Below, piece after piece: positions 19,278-29,353 of a stretch of 64,000 bases of DNA; position 1 is the stretch's first letter, and the number at the start of each line of letters is the position of its first letter. Origin of the DNA: Candidatus Shapirobacteria bacterium (GTDB taxonomy: Bacteria; Patescibacteriota; Microgenomatia; UBA12405; BS750m-G30); NCBI GenBank assembly GCA_043817235.1, contig JBDRHA010000006.1, positions 78,401-142,400 on the forward strand. Reading direction: 5' to 3'. The notes under the pieces were generated by a model. The model was given only the letters and a program-made list of their open reading frames with translations. It was not told the DNA's origin and did not search any database. Position numbers and translations under genes: made by a program.

Positions 19278-21126
19278 AATAATCTTCTTTTTGTATGCGG
19301 CTCTCCTTTTTTTGGCGCCTTTGTTTTTTCTCCCTTATAGTTTTGAACTTTTTGAATTTAATAAAATAATTTTAGTTTATGCTTTTACCTTGCTTATTAC
19401 ATCAGCCTGGGCTGGGCGGATGATTTTAGAGAAAAGAATAATTTTTAAAAAGACGTTTTTATTTTGGCCTTTAATTATATTTTTTCTTTCTCAACTGCTA
19501 TCAACTGTTTTTTCCATTGATCCTCATACCAGTTTTTATGGCTACTATTCGCGCTTTAACGGTGGTCTTCTTTCTGTAATCTGTTATTTGCTTCTTTTTT
19601 GGGCCTTAGTTTCGAATGGAAAGAAAGATTGGGTGGAAAAATTAATTACGATTAGTTTAATTTCGGCTCTCTTAGTTGCTTTTTATGGAGTTTTAGAAAA
19701 ACTTGGGATTGATAAGAATATTTGGGTGCAGGATGTTCAAAACCGTGTTTTTTCTACCCTGGGTCAGCCTAATTGGCTGGCCGCTTTTTTGGCCGTATTT
19801 TTAATAATTATTCCGGCTAGAGCTTCTCTTTTTCACTATGCTCTTTTTATAGTTCTTTATCTTTGTTTGCTTTTTACTAAATCGCGATCCGGATTTTTGG
19901 GTTTTGGATCTGGTTTTTTACTTTTTTCTTTTTCAAGCTTTTTAATTTTTAAAAAGAAAAGAAAAGAACTTTTTCGGCAAGCAATTTTTTTGCCCGGTTT
20001 AATAATAATTTCTTTAAGCTTAATTTTCGGTACGCCCTTTTCCTCTTCTATTTCGGACTGGTTTCAAAATAAGCCGCCTCAAGAAGAGAAGGGCCTGGCT
20101 TTTACTAGCTTAGATGAGCCAAACATCACCCCTTCTTCTCAGATTAGAAAAATTGTTTGGAAAGGGGCTTTAGCCCTTTGGAAAGAGCAGCCGCTTCTAG
20201 GCACTGGCGTGGAGACTTTTGCCTATGCTTATTATTGGGTGAGGCCAGCAGAGCATAATTTGACTTCGGAATGGGATTTTCTTTATAACAAGGCCCACAA
20301 TGAATATCTTAACTATGCGGCCAATAGCGGAAGCCTGGGTTTGCTTAGCTATCTGATATTAGTCTTTATCTATTCTTTTTGGGTATTTAAGAAATTAAGA
20401 CATAAAAATATTAAGAAAAAAGAAAAGTTATTTGTTTTAGCTTTTTTTAGCTCTTGGGTAAGCATTTTAGTTTCTAATTTTTTCGGCTTTTCGGTTGTAG
20501 CTACCAGCTTATGGTTTTTTCTTCTTCCCGCTTTTAGTTTTTTGCTTCATTCCCGGGGAGAAAAAGAAGCGAAGATAGATTGTAATTTAAATTTGGGGCA
20601 AAAGATCTTGCTCTTGCTTTTAATTTTTAACTCTTCACTTTTAACCTTTCACTTATACTCTTATTGGCAAGCAGATTATTATTTGGCTGCTGGCATAGAG
20701 GCTCAGAATCATGGATCTTACGAGCAAAGTGCTAATTTGTTATCTAGGGCAATTGAATTAAGGAAAAACGAACCCCTTTACTATGATAAGCTAAGCTTAA
20801 CCCTTGCTTATCAGGGGAGAATTCAAGAGGCAATCGAGGCCAGTGATCGCGCCTTAGGCCTTAATCCTTATCAGCTTAATTATTACCGCGACCGGGCCAG
20901 CTTGTTTTATATTCTCTCTCAAAGAGATATTGACTATTTAAAAAGGTCTTTGGAGGCGATGCTTGCCGCTATTAATCTAGCCCCAACCGACGCCAAGCTT
21001 TATTATAATGCTGGGCTAATGTTTTCCTCCTTGGGTGAAAAGGAAAAGGGAAGGGAATATTTAAAAAAGGCAGTAGAGCTAAAAAGTAATTATGATCAGG
21101 CGAGGCAGTTTTTAGAAAATGAATAA
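19255..21126 (+). CDS. O-antigen ligase-like (Wzy_C) polytopic membrane protein with C-terminal TPR repeats
   Basis: About 12 TM helices with a large periplasmic loop. C-terminal TPR-like 'YYLAAGIEAQNHGSYEQSANLLSRAIEL...'. Confidence 0.65.
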   Translation: MSSVRLNKIIFFLYAALLFLAPLFFLPYSFELFEFNKIILVYAFTLLITSAWAGRMILEKRIIFKKTFLFWPLIIFFLSQLLSTVFSIDPHTSFYGYYSRFNGGLLSVICYLLLFWALVSNGKKDWVEKLITISLISALLVAFYGVLEKLGIDKNIWVQDVQNRVFSTLGQPNWLAAFLAVFLIIIPARASLFHYALFIVLYLCLLFTKSRSGFLGFGSGFLLFSFSSFLIFKKKRKELFRQAIFLPGLIIISLSLIFGTPFSSSISDWFQNKPPQEEKGLAFTSLDEPNITPSSQIRKIVWKGALALWKEQPLLGTGVETFAYAYYWVRPAEHNLTSEWDFLYNKAHNEYLNYAANSGSLGLLSYLILVFIYSFWVFKKLRHKNIKKKEKLFVLAFFSSWVSILVSNFFGFSVVATSLWFFLLPAFSFLLHSRGEKEAKIDCNLNLGQKILLLLLIFNSSLLTFHLYSYWQADYYLAAGIEAQNHGSYEQSANLLSRAIELRKNEPLYYDKLSLTLAYQGRIQEAIEASDRALGLNPYQLNYYRDRASLFYILSQRDIDYLKRSLEAMLAAINLAPTDAKLYYNAGLMFSSLGEKEKGREYLKKAVELKSNYDQARQFLENE

Positions 21127-22177
21127 TCAGATTTTTAGCAAGTTTAGCGAGTATAATCTTGGCCTTGATTTAGGCAGCAGCTTTGTTAAAGTTTTTGCGG
21201 ATACCAAGGGAGTTTTGTTTTTTGAGCCTTCGGTTATTGCCCGGCAGAAAAAAAAGGGAAAACAGATAATTGCGGTGGGGAAAAAGGCGGCGGCGATTAT
21301 GGGCAAAGAGCCCCAAAATATAGAAGTAATAGAGCCGATTGAAAATGGAGTAATTGCTGATTTTGATGCCGCTTTATGTTTAACCAAATATCTTTTTAGT
21401 CTTGTTTCGCAAACTCCCGGTAAATGGCTAAGGCTTTTGGGTCCCAAAGTGATTGCTGGTGTTTCCTGCCAGGCAACAGAGGTAGAGCGTCGGGCAATTA
21501 AAGCAGTTTTAGTAAAAAGTGGAGCTCGGGAAGTATTTTTAATTGAAAAGCCCATGGCTGCAGCGGTGGGCTTAGCTTTGCCAATTGAAGGCTCGGGCGG
21601 GTTTTTAGTTTTGGATATTGGTGGAAGCACGACAGAAATGGCTGTTTTGTCTTTGGGAGGGATTGTCTTGGAGCGGTTTTTGCCGATTGGCGGAGAGGAT
21701 TTTAATCAGGCAATTATAAATTATTTAAGATTAAAGTATGGCATGCTTATTGGCCGGCCGACGGCCCAGAAAGTAAAAGAAGAGCTAGGCAGTGTTTCGG
21801 GAAGAGCTATAACCTCGCGCTTGAGCATGGTGGTGCGGGGCCGGGATTTGGCTACCGGACTGCCTAAAAGTATTCGGATTAAAAAAAATGAAGTAATGGA
21901 ATCATTGGTTCCTTTGGTTCAAAAGATTACGCTTGCTTTAAGAGAAATGCTGGAAGAAACTCCGGCTGAGTTAACCGACGATATTTTAAAAAGGGGGATA
22001 TATCTATCCGGCGGAAGCGCGAGGCTGGCTGGCTGGGAAGATTTAGTCACTGAAGAAACAAAGATGCCGGCGATTTTGGCCGATAAACCCCAAGAGTTGG
22101 TAGTGCGGGGGTGCGGTGCCTTGCTGGCTGATAAAAGTTTGCTAAAAAGAGTAAAGTTGGTGGCCGGATTAAAATGA
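21119..22177 (+). CDS. mreB: Rod-shape-determining actin-like ATPase MreB
   Basis: 'LGLDLGSSFVKVF' phosphate-1 and 'VLDIGGSTTEMAV' phosphate-2 motifs. Followed by mreC and mreD. Confidence 0.85.
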   Translation: MNNQIFSKFSEYNLGLDLGSSFVKVFADTKGVLFFEPSVIARQKKKGKQIIAVGKKAAAIMGKEPQNIEVIEPIENGVIADFDAALCLTKYLFSLVSQTPGKWLRLLGPKVIAGVSCQATEVERRAIKAVLVKSGAREVFLIEKPMAAAVGLALPIEGSGGFLVLDIGGSTTEMAVLSLGGIVLERFLPIGGEDFNQAIINYLRLKYGMLIGRPTAQKVKEELGSVSGRAITSRLSMVVRGRDLATGLPKSIRIKKNEVMESLVPLVQKITLALREMLEETPAELTDDILKRGIYLSGGSARLAGWEDLVTEETKMPAILADKPQELVVRGCGALLADKSLLKRVKLVAGLK

Positions 22178-22890
22178 GAAAAAGTTTAGTAATTTTGCTG
22201 GGCATTAGCCTGCTTCTTTGGATTCTAGATGGCCGTGGTTTTCTGGATTTTATTCATGATTTTTTCTCAAAAGCAACAGAAAATGCTCGCCAGGAATCTG
22301 TAGCCTTGAGTCAAAAAGTGCCAGGAGAAAAAAAGGAAGCAGAAATTGAGGCTTTAAATCTGAAAATTAGCCAGCTAACCGAAGAAAACCAATCTTGTCG
22401 GAGGCTTTTGGGAGCGGATCTTTCGCCAAAACTAAAATTTATTCCGGCGCAGATACTAGGCGTGAACAAAGAAGGATTTGTTTTAAATGTAGGCAGTTTT
22501 CAGGGCTTGCAAGAAGGAAGCTTGATTCTTTGGGAGAATATTTTAGTGGGAAAAATAACTAAGGTAAATTCTTTTAGCAGTGAAGCAATAAGCATAGCCA
22601 ATAAAGATTTTCAGCTGGCTGTAGGAATTTGGAGAGTCGCCGACGAAAATAAGCCCTTAACAGGCAAGGGGATATTGCGCGGCGGACCTGCTCTGGTAGT
22701 GGAAGAAATTTTAGCTGACGAATTAGTGGAGACGGGAGATTTGGTAGCCAGCTTAGAGTCAGGTGGAGAATTTTTAATAGGAAGAGTCAGCGCGGCAGAT
22801 TGGGAAGAGGGTAAATATTTTAAAAGAGCGGCAGTTGATTGGCTAATTGATTGGAAAACCTTGAGAACAGTGATGGTGGTAAAAATATGA
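22174..22890 (+). CDS. mreC: Rod-shape-determining protein MreC
   Basis: N-terminal TM, coiled coil, beta-rich C-terminus. Lies between mreB and mreD. Confidence 0.7.
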   Translation: MRKSLVILLGISLLLWILDGRGFLDFIHDFFSKATENARQESVALSQKVPGEKKEAEIEALNLKISQLTEENQSCRRLLGADLSPKLKFIPAQILGVNKEGFVLNVGSFQGLQEGSLILWENILVGKITKVNSFSSEAISIANKDFQLAVGIWRVADENKPLTGKGILRGGPALVVEEILADELVETGDLVASLESGGEFLIGRVSAADWEEGKYFKRAAVDWLIDWKTLRTVMVVKI

Positions 22891-23174
22891 AGGAAAATAC
22901 TTGGTTTGTTTTTTATCTAATTTTAGGCTTAGGTATTGGCTGGACAGAGGCGGTTTGGGGGCTATTTTGGCTTTGGTTTTTATTCCTTCTGTTAATTTTT
23001 AAAAGCCAAGTTGCGATCCAAAAATGGTGGGCCTTGGCTTTCGGCTTAGGTCTTATTCGGGATTTGCTTAAAGGAGCGAATTTGGGCCAAAGCTCTTTTT
23101 TCTTTTTAATCAGTTTTACTTTATTTTGGCAGATAACTAGGAGTTATCGCCAGCCTAATCGCTTTTTATCATGA
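22851..23174 (+). CDS. mreD: MreD-like small membrane protein
   Basis: Three TM helices. Its stop overlaps the ATG at 23171 (ATGA). Confidence 0.5.
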   Translation: MENLENSDGGKNMKENTWFVFYLILGLGIGWTEAVWGLFWLWFLFLLLIFKSQVAIQKWWALAFGLGLIRDLLKGANLGQSSFFFLISFTLFWQITRSYRQPNRFLS

Positions 23175-24788
23175 ATACTTTATTTGCCCAAAACAATCAA
23201 GAGAGATTATTTTTTACCGCCAGGGCTATTGTTTTTTTAAGTTTTTTTTGTTTTATTGCTGAGGTCTTTTACCCTTGCCCTGGTTCGAGGAAGTTACTAT
23301 TTGAAAAGCGCGGAAAATAATCGTTTACGCAAAATACCTTTGCTTGCTCCTCGGGGAAGGATTGTTGGTTTAAGCGGGGAGGTGTTGGCCGATGACTTGA
23401 TTATTTATCAAGATGCACAAGGCAAAGAGCTGGAACGAGAGCAAGCTTTGCTTCAAAAGGCCGCAGGAGGAGAAGTAGTTGATGTTTTGGCCCGCCGTTA
23501 TTTGCTAAAAGAAGCGGCGGCTCATTTGACCGGATATTTAGGGAGCGTGGGCGAAAAGGAGCTGGGAAAAAAACGCTGTGCTGAAAAAGATATTAATTAT
23601 TCATTGCATGATCAGGTCGGCAGGGGAGGATTAGAAGAGATTTATGATTGTTTGCTGGCTGGGGAAGAAGGGGAAAAGCTGGTTGAAGTTGATTCTCAGG
23701 GCCAGATTGTACGGGAATTGGGGCGAATTGATCCCCAGCCCGGGGAGGACCTGGTGGTTTCCTTAGATTTAGGTTTGCAGAAATTTGCCTGGGAAAAAAT
23801 AAAGGACTTAAAGGCGGCTGTGGTTGTTTTGGAGGCGGAAACAGGGAAAATTTTAGCTCTAGTTTCCGCTCCCTCTTTTGACCCAAATGTTTTTGGTTTA
23901 GATCGGGACGAGGAAAAAGTTAAAAGTTATTTAGGTGATCGAGAAAATACGCCCTTGTTCAATCGAGCTTTAGCCGGTGCTTATCAGCCGGGTTCGGTTT
24001 TTAAGCCGGTTTTGGCTGTAGCTGGCTTGGAAGAGAGGGTGATTGATTCCCAAACAAGTGTTTTTGATACTGGTTTTATTCAAATAGGGGAATGGCAATA
24101 TAAAAACTGGTACTGGACTGACTATGGCCGCACTGAAGGAGAAGTGAATTTGGTGAAAGCGATACAGCGCTCTAATGATATTTATTTTTACAAATTGGGA
24201 GAATGGCTGGGGGTAGATAATATCAGCAAATGGGCAAGCCGGTTGGGATTAGGAAAAAAAACCGGCATTGACCTGCCAGCCGAAGCATCTGGCTTAGTCC
24301 CTACTGCAGATTGGAAGAGACAGGTGCGCAGCGAGATCTGGTTTTTGGGCAATACTTATCACTTCGCTATTGGCCAAGGAGACTTAACGACTACGCCGCT
24401 GCAAATTGCCCAAATGACGGCGGCAGTAACTAATGGAGGGCGATTATGCCAGCCTCAGATCAATGGTCTTTTGGAAAGTAATTGTCTTGATTTGGGTATT
24501 AGCCGTGCAAATTTGGAGGTAATAAAAGAAGGAATGAGGCAGGCTTGCCAAAGCGGGGGAACAGGATTTCCTTTTTTTGATTTTAATCCACCTGCTGGTT
24601 GCAAAACCGGAACAGCCCAAACCGGAGGAGAAGAGGAATCTCATGCCTGGCTTAGCGCATTTTTTCCAGCAGATAAGCCCAAGATTAGCATGGTTGTTTT
24701 TGTCGAAAAGGGAGGCTCTGGGGCTTATGTGGCAGCTCCTATTGCTCGGGAAATTGCTGATTATCTAAAAAACGCGAATTATTTTTAA
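23171..24788 (+). CDS. mrdA: Penicillin-binding protein 2 (peptidoglycan D,D-transpeptidase). The N-terminal TM segment is split from the main ORF by an apparent 1-nt frameshift in a poly-T run near 23225-23245. The uninterrupted ORF runs 23256-24788.
   Basis: Frame A from the ATG at 23171 encodes 'MNTLFAQNNQERLFFTARAIVFLSFF'. Frame B continues '(VFFVLL)LRSFTLALVRGSYYLKSAENNRLR...'. SxxK 'SVFK' and 'KTGTA' motifs lie downstream. Confidence 0.8.
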
Positions 24789-24790
24789 AA

Positions 24791-26068
24791 ATGAAAAGAT
24801 TAAAAATAGGCATTGCCGGAGGCGGTTTTTCCGGTTTGACTTTGGGCTATAAACTTAGCCAAAAAGGCCACCAGGTAACGGTTTTTGAAAAAGAAAAAAG
24901 ATTAGGCGGCTTAGCCTCTTCTTTTAAAGTTCAGGACTGGTCTTGGCCGCTAGACCATTTTTACCGCCACGTTTTTGCTAAAGACCAAGACTTCATTCAG
25001 CTAGTAAAAGAACTTGGTCAAAAAGATAAGTTAATTTATAAAAGGGCATTAAGCTCGGTTTATTTTCAAAATGAGATTTATCCTTTTGACTCCCCGCAAA
25101 ATATCTTAAGATTTCCTGGCTTGGGAAAGCTTTCTAAAATAAGGATGGGAGGATGTCTAGCCCTTTTTAAATATTTGCCTTATTCTCTTTTTTACGAAAA
25201 ATTTAGTACAGAAAAGACCTTGCCGAAGCTCATGGGCTCAGAAGGCTATAGGTTGATATGGCAACCCTTATTAAGCCAGAAGTTTGGAAAACATACAGAT
25301 AAAATTCCGCTTTCGTGGTTTTGGGCAAGAGTAAACTCTAGGACAACCGAATTAGGATATTATCAGAAAAGCTTCAGCCGGATGGCGAATTTGCTAGCCA
25401 AAAAGATAATTGGCTATAAGGGTAAGGTAAAAAAGAACTTTGAGATAAAGAATATTGAGAAAAAACACGATAGATTTATACTGAAGGGAAATGGGAAGAC
25501 TTATTCTTTTGATAAAATTATTTTAACATGTTCACTTGCTGACTCTCTTAGAATGGCCGGTTCTCTTTTAGTTAAGGAAAAAGTAAAATATAGTGATTTA
25601 AAAAGCTTGGGTGCGGCGGTTTTAGTCTTAAGGTTAAAGGATAAATTTTTTCCTGATCAAACTTACTGGCTTAATATTTTAGATAGCTCTTGGCCTTTTG
25701 TCGCGGCCATAGAGCATACGAATTTTATAAGTCCAAAATATTATCATGATGAGCACTTAGCTTATTTGGCCGGATATTATCCCCAAGATCATCCAATTTT
25801 TAAGATGGACAAAGAAGAAGTATTAAAAATATTTTTGCCTTTCGCTAAAAAAATAAATCGAAATATAGAAAAAAAAATAATAGAAAGTCATTATTATTAT
25901 AATCTTGAAGCCCAGCCAGTTCCGGTTTTAAATTACTCCCAAAAAGCGCCAAAGATGAATACCAGTGTTAAGGGTCTTTATTGGTTGACCTTGCATCATA
26001 TTTACCCTTATGATCGGGGAGTGAATTATGCCATTGTTTACGCTAATAAATTAGCGAGGATGGTTTAA
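24791..26068 (+). CDS. NAD(P)/FAD-dependent oxidoreductase (amine oxidase / protoporphyrinogen oxidase-like)
   Basis: N-terminal 'KIGIAGGGFSGLTLGYKLSQKGHQVTVFEKEKRLGG' dinucleotide-binding motif. Confidence 0.6.
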   Translation: MKRLKIGIAGGGFSGLTLGYKLSQKGHQVTVFEKEKRLGGLASSFKVQDWSWPLDHFYRHVFAKDQDFIQLVKELGQKDKLIYKRALSSVYFQNEIYPFDSPQNILRFPGLGKLSKIRMGGCLALFKYLPYSLFYEKFSTEKTLPKLMGSEGYRLIWQPLLSQKFGKHTDKIPLSWFWARVNSRTTELGYYQKSFSRMANLLAKKIIGYKGKVKKNFEIKNIEKKHDRFILKGNGKTYSFDKIILTCSLADSLRMAGSLLVKEKVKYSDLKSLGAAVLVLRLKDKFFPDQTYWLNILDSSWPFVAAIEHTNFISPKYYHDEHLAYLAGYYPQDHPIFKMDKEEVLKIFLPFAKKINRNIEKKIIESHYYYNLEAQPVPVLNYSQKAPKMNTSVKGLYWLTLHHIYPYDRGVNYAIVYANKLARMV

Positions 26069-27225
26069 TAGTATTTTTTGCCTTTGAGTTGGTCAGGAAG
26101 GAGCGACTTGCTTTTGTTTGGATAGGCTTCGTAATTTTTGCCATAGCCGGCTTTCTTCATCAATTTAGTGACCGGATTACGCAAGCTTAAAGGAATGGGG
26201 AGATTGCCAAATTGGCGAACATCATTTAGAGCTTTCATATAGGCATTATAGGCTCGGCGGTCTTTTTTCGCTTGGGCTAGAAATACTACTCCAGCCGCCA
26301 AATTTTCCTGGCATTCGGGCAGACCGACTTGCTGACAGGCTTGGAAAACAGCGTTAGCTACAACCAGAGCGGTAGGCGAGGCGACATCTTCGGAAGCAAA
26401 AACAACCATCCGGCGGGCAATAAAAAGTGGATCTTCACCGCTGACGATCATTCGGGCTAAATAATAAAGAGCCGCGTCCACTTGAGAAGCGCGCATGCAT
26501 TTAATAAAAGCGCTAATGGTGTTGTAGTGTTCTTCTCCGGTTTTATCGTAGCGTAAAGTTGTTGAGGAGAGAATTTTTTTAATTGTTTTTTCATCGATTA
26601 GCGCTGATTTTTTGGTTAGGCCATAGGCCTGCTCAATCAAGTTTAAACCTACTCGAGCATCACCATTGCTAATATTGGCGACTAATTCTTTAGCCGGTGA
26701 GGTTATTTTCTTTTTGAGTTTTTTTAATCCTCTTTTAATAATAGTATTTATTTCTTTTCCTGATAAAGGATTAAAAATCAAGGTTTGGCTGCGGGAAAGA
26801 AGAGGGGAAATTACATAAAAAGAGGGGTTTTCCGTAGTAGCGCTGATTAAGATGATTTTTCCAGATTCTACGGGTGAAAGGAGCACATCCTGCTGGGCCT
26901 TGGAAAAGCGATGAATTTCGTCAATAAAGATTAAGGTGGGGAGAAAAAGGGGAGCGCTAAAAATTTTTTGAAGCTCGGATTTTTTGGCCGAAACAGCCGA
27001 GAATTCTTGAAAACTAATACCTAAAGAATGAGCAATAATTCGGGCCAAAGTAGTTTTTCCGACCCCGGGCGGACCCCAGAAAACTAAAGAAGGAAAAGAA
27101 AGATTTTTTTTCAAAAGCAGTTTTCGAATATACCCATTTCTGCCGGTTAAGTGCTCTTGCCCGACAAATTCGTTTAGGCTTTTAGGTCTAATTAAATCAG
27201 CAAGCGGCTGCATAGAAGCAATCAT
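26065..27225 (-). CDS. rarA: Replication-associated recombination protein A (AAA+ ATPase RarA/MgsA)
   Basis: Walker A 'GPPGVGKTT', Walker B 'LFIDEIHR', RarA C-terminal helical domain. Confidence 0.85.
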   Translation of the reverse strand: MIASMQPLADLIRPKSLNEFVGQEHLTGRNGYIRKLLLKKNLSFPSLVFWGPPGVGKTTLARIIAHSLGISFQEFSAVSAKKSELQKIFSAPLFLPTLIFIDEIHRFSKAQQDVLLSPVESGKIILISATTENPSFYVISPLLSRSQTLIFNPLSGKEINTIIKRGLKKLKKKITSPAKELVANISNGDARVGLNLIEQAYGLTKKSALIDEKTIKKILSSTTLRYDKTGEEHYNTISAFIKCMRASQVDAALYYLARMIVSGEDPLFIARRMVVFASEDVASPTALVVANAVFQACQQVGLPECQENLAAGVVFLAQAKKDRRAYNAYMKALNDVRQFGNLPIPLSLRNPVTKLMKKAGYGKNYEAYPNKSKSLLPDQLKGKKYY

Positions 27226-27263
27226 ATCACAAACCCGAACAAAAGGCGAAGATCAAGCGGGGT

Positions 27264-27430
27264 AGTCATTCCGAGCGAGTCCCGAGTACTCGGGAGGAGT
27301 CGAGGAATCTTCGGAATTAAAAAGGAAAGATCCCTCGACTGCGCCCCGCGACTCGCGGGGCTGCGCCCGGGATGACAAAAATAATGTCATTGCGAGCCCC
27401 GCAGCTGCGGGACGTGACAATCTTTCCAGA
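27264..27430. repeat. Composite dispersed hairpin repeat (three units)
   Basis: 'gtcattccgagcgagtcccgag..', 'cgactgcgccccgcgactcgcggggctgcgcccgggatgaca', 'gtcattgcgagccccgcagctgcgggacgtgacaatc'. Confidence 0.7.
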
Positions 27431-27472
27431 TGAGTTGTCTATTTATATCTGTTATTATAAGAACGAACAAAG

Positions 27473-29146
27473 ATGAAATATTCAAAAATTTTTGGCAAGA
27501 CAGTAAAAAGTGTACCGGCAGATGCGGTAGCAGTTAGTCATAAATATTTATGGCAAGGCGGTTTTATTCGCCGCTTTTCGACCGGCCGCTACGGTTTTTT
27601 GCCGTTAGGCTATCGGGTATGGCTAAAAATCTACCGGATTATTCAGGAAGAAATGGACAAAATCGGCTGTCAGCAGTTGGTCGTGCCCACTTTGCATCCG
27701 GTAGAAGTTTGGAAAAAAACCAGCCGAGACGAGGCTTTTGGCGAGGAAATGCTGGTTGTGGCTGACCACTACGGCAATGAGTTTATTTTGGGAGCGACGG
27801 CCGAGGGAATGATGGTCGAGCTGGTTAAAATGTTTTCGCCTTCTTATAAAGATCTGCCGATTGATATTTATGAATTTTCCTCAAAGTTTCGGGATGACAA
27901 GCGGCCGCGAGGAGGGATATTGCGGGTTAGGGAATTTATGATGAAAGATGCTTATAATTTTTGCGCGAACGAAAAGCAACTCCAAAAAGGCTACGAAAAA
28001 TATTTTCAATCTTACTTGCGGATTGCCAAAAAGCTGGAACTGGCGGTTATCCCGGTGGAAGCAGATTCTGGGGCAATCGGCGGCAGTTTATCGCATGAAT
28101 TTTTGATGGAAGGGGATTTTGGCGACCAGACCTTTTTTGTTTGTGAGAAATGCGGATATGCGGCGAATATTGAAAAAGCGGAATTTTACCGTGAACCCCT
28201 TAACCTGCAGGAAAAAGAAAAGACTTTTAAGATTATTGATCAGCCGGAATGGGTGTGCACTATGGCTGACAACCAAAAGCATTACAAAGAGCCGCCTTGG
28301 CGCTATTTAAAAAATGTTGTTTACAAAGATAAAAAAGGGAAAATTATTATTGCCTCGGTGCGGGGCGATCAAGAGGTTAATGAAATTAAACTAAAAAGAG
28401 CTTTAGGGCTTGATTCTTTGGAGCCGGCGACAGATAGGGATCTAAAAAAAATAGGGACAAAGCCCGGTCACGTTCATTCCTGGGGAATTAAGGGGGCTGT
28501 TTATATTGGCGATTTGGGCTTAAAAGCGGTGAAAAATTTTATTGGCGGCCAAAAAGAGAAAAAAACAGATTCTGTTAATGTTAATTACGGTCGGGATTTC
28601 AAGTACGATTTATTGGCGGACATAGTGGATGCGAAAGCCGGCGATAAATGCGCTTTTTGCAAAGGAAAACTGGTGGAAAAAAAGGGAGTCGAGTGGGGCC
28701 ATACTTTTAAAATCGACCGTTTTTATACCAAAAAACAGGAGGGTTATTTTACTAATAAAAAAGGTGAGCAAAAATATCTTTGGATGGGCTCTTATGGCAT
28801 TGGCATAGATCGCAGTTTAGCGACAATCGTTGAGGCCCATCATGACAATAGGGGTATTATCTGGCCCGAGTCGGTAGCTCCTTTTAAATATCACCTTATT
28901 GGTCTTGACCTTCATGAAAAGGAAGTTAAAGATCGGGCCGAGAGAGTTTATGAGAATTTAGTTCAAAAAGGAGAAGAAGTTTTGTATGATGATCGGGAAA
29001 ATATTAGCGCCGGCGAAAAATTTGCGGACGCCGATTTAATTGGCATTCCTTATCGCTTGGTTATTAGCAAAAAAACCAAAGAAAAAATTGAAGTAAAAAA
29101 GCGAGCGCAAAAAACTTCTAAATTGACTAGCCTTTCTCAGATTTAG
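27473..29146 (+). CDS. proS: Prolyl-tRNA synthetase (class II)
   Basis: Class II motifs. 'RGGILRVREFMMKDAY' motif 2 region. Anticodon-binding and C-terminal zinc-binding domain. Confidence 0.9.
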   Translation: MKYSKIFGKTVKSVPADAVAVSHKYLWQGGFIRRFSTGRYGFLPLGYRVWLKIYRIIQEEMDKIGCQQLVVPTLHPVEVWKKTSRDEAFGEEMLVVADHYGNEFILGATAEGMMVELVKMFSPSYKDLPIDIYEFSSKFRDDKRPRGGILRVREFMMKDAYNFCANEKQLQKGYEKYFQSYLRIAKKLELAVIPVEADSGAIGGSLSHEFLMEGDFGDQTFFVCEKCGYAANIEKAEFYREPLNLQEKEKTFKIIDQPEWVCTMADNQKHYKEPPWRYLKNVVYKDKKGKIIIASVRGDQEVNEIKLKRALGLDSLEPATDRDLKKIGTKPGHVHSWGIKGAVYIGDLGLKAVKNFIGGQKEKKTDSVNVNYGRDFKYDLLADIVDAKAGDKCAFCKGKLVEKKGVEWGHTFKIDRFYTKKQEGYFTNKKGEQKYLWMGSYGIGIDRSLATIVEAHHDNRGIIWPESVAPFKYHLIGLDLHEKEVKDRAERVYENLVQKGEEVLYDDRENISAGEKFADADLIGIPYRLVISKKTKEKIEVKKRAQKTSKLTSLSQI

Positions 29147-29160
29147 GGTAGGGATTATTG

Positions 29161-29340
29161 AGAGGATTTGTCATCCCGAGTGTAACCGAGGGATCTTTCT
29201 CTTGTTTAATTTCCAAAAGATTCCTCGACTTCGCCCCGCGAATCGCGGGGCTTCGCTCGGAATGACAGATTAAATAGTCATCCTGAGCATAGCCGAAGGA
29301 TCTTTCTATCTTGACTCGCTCGCAATGACATGAGTCTTTT
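29161..29340. repeat. Composite dispersed hairpin repeat (four units)
   Basis: 'gtcatcccgagtgtaaccgagggatc', 'cgacttcgccccgcgaatcgcggggcttcgctcggaatgaca', 'gtcatcctgagcatagccgaaggatc', 'cgctcgcaatgacat'. Confidence 0.7.
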
Positions 29341-29353
29341 ACTATAATAAATC

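Noticed and set aside
21127-21630. 167-aa minus-strand ORF
   Set aside because: It lies antisense within mreB, which has unambiguous motifs. Spurious.
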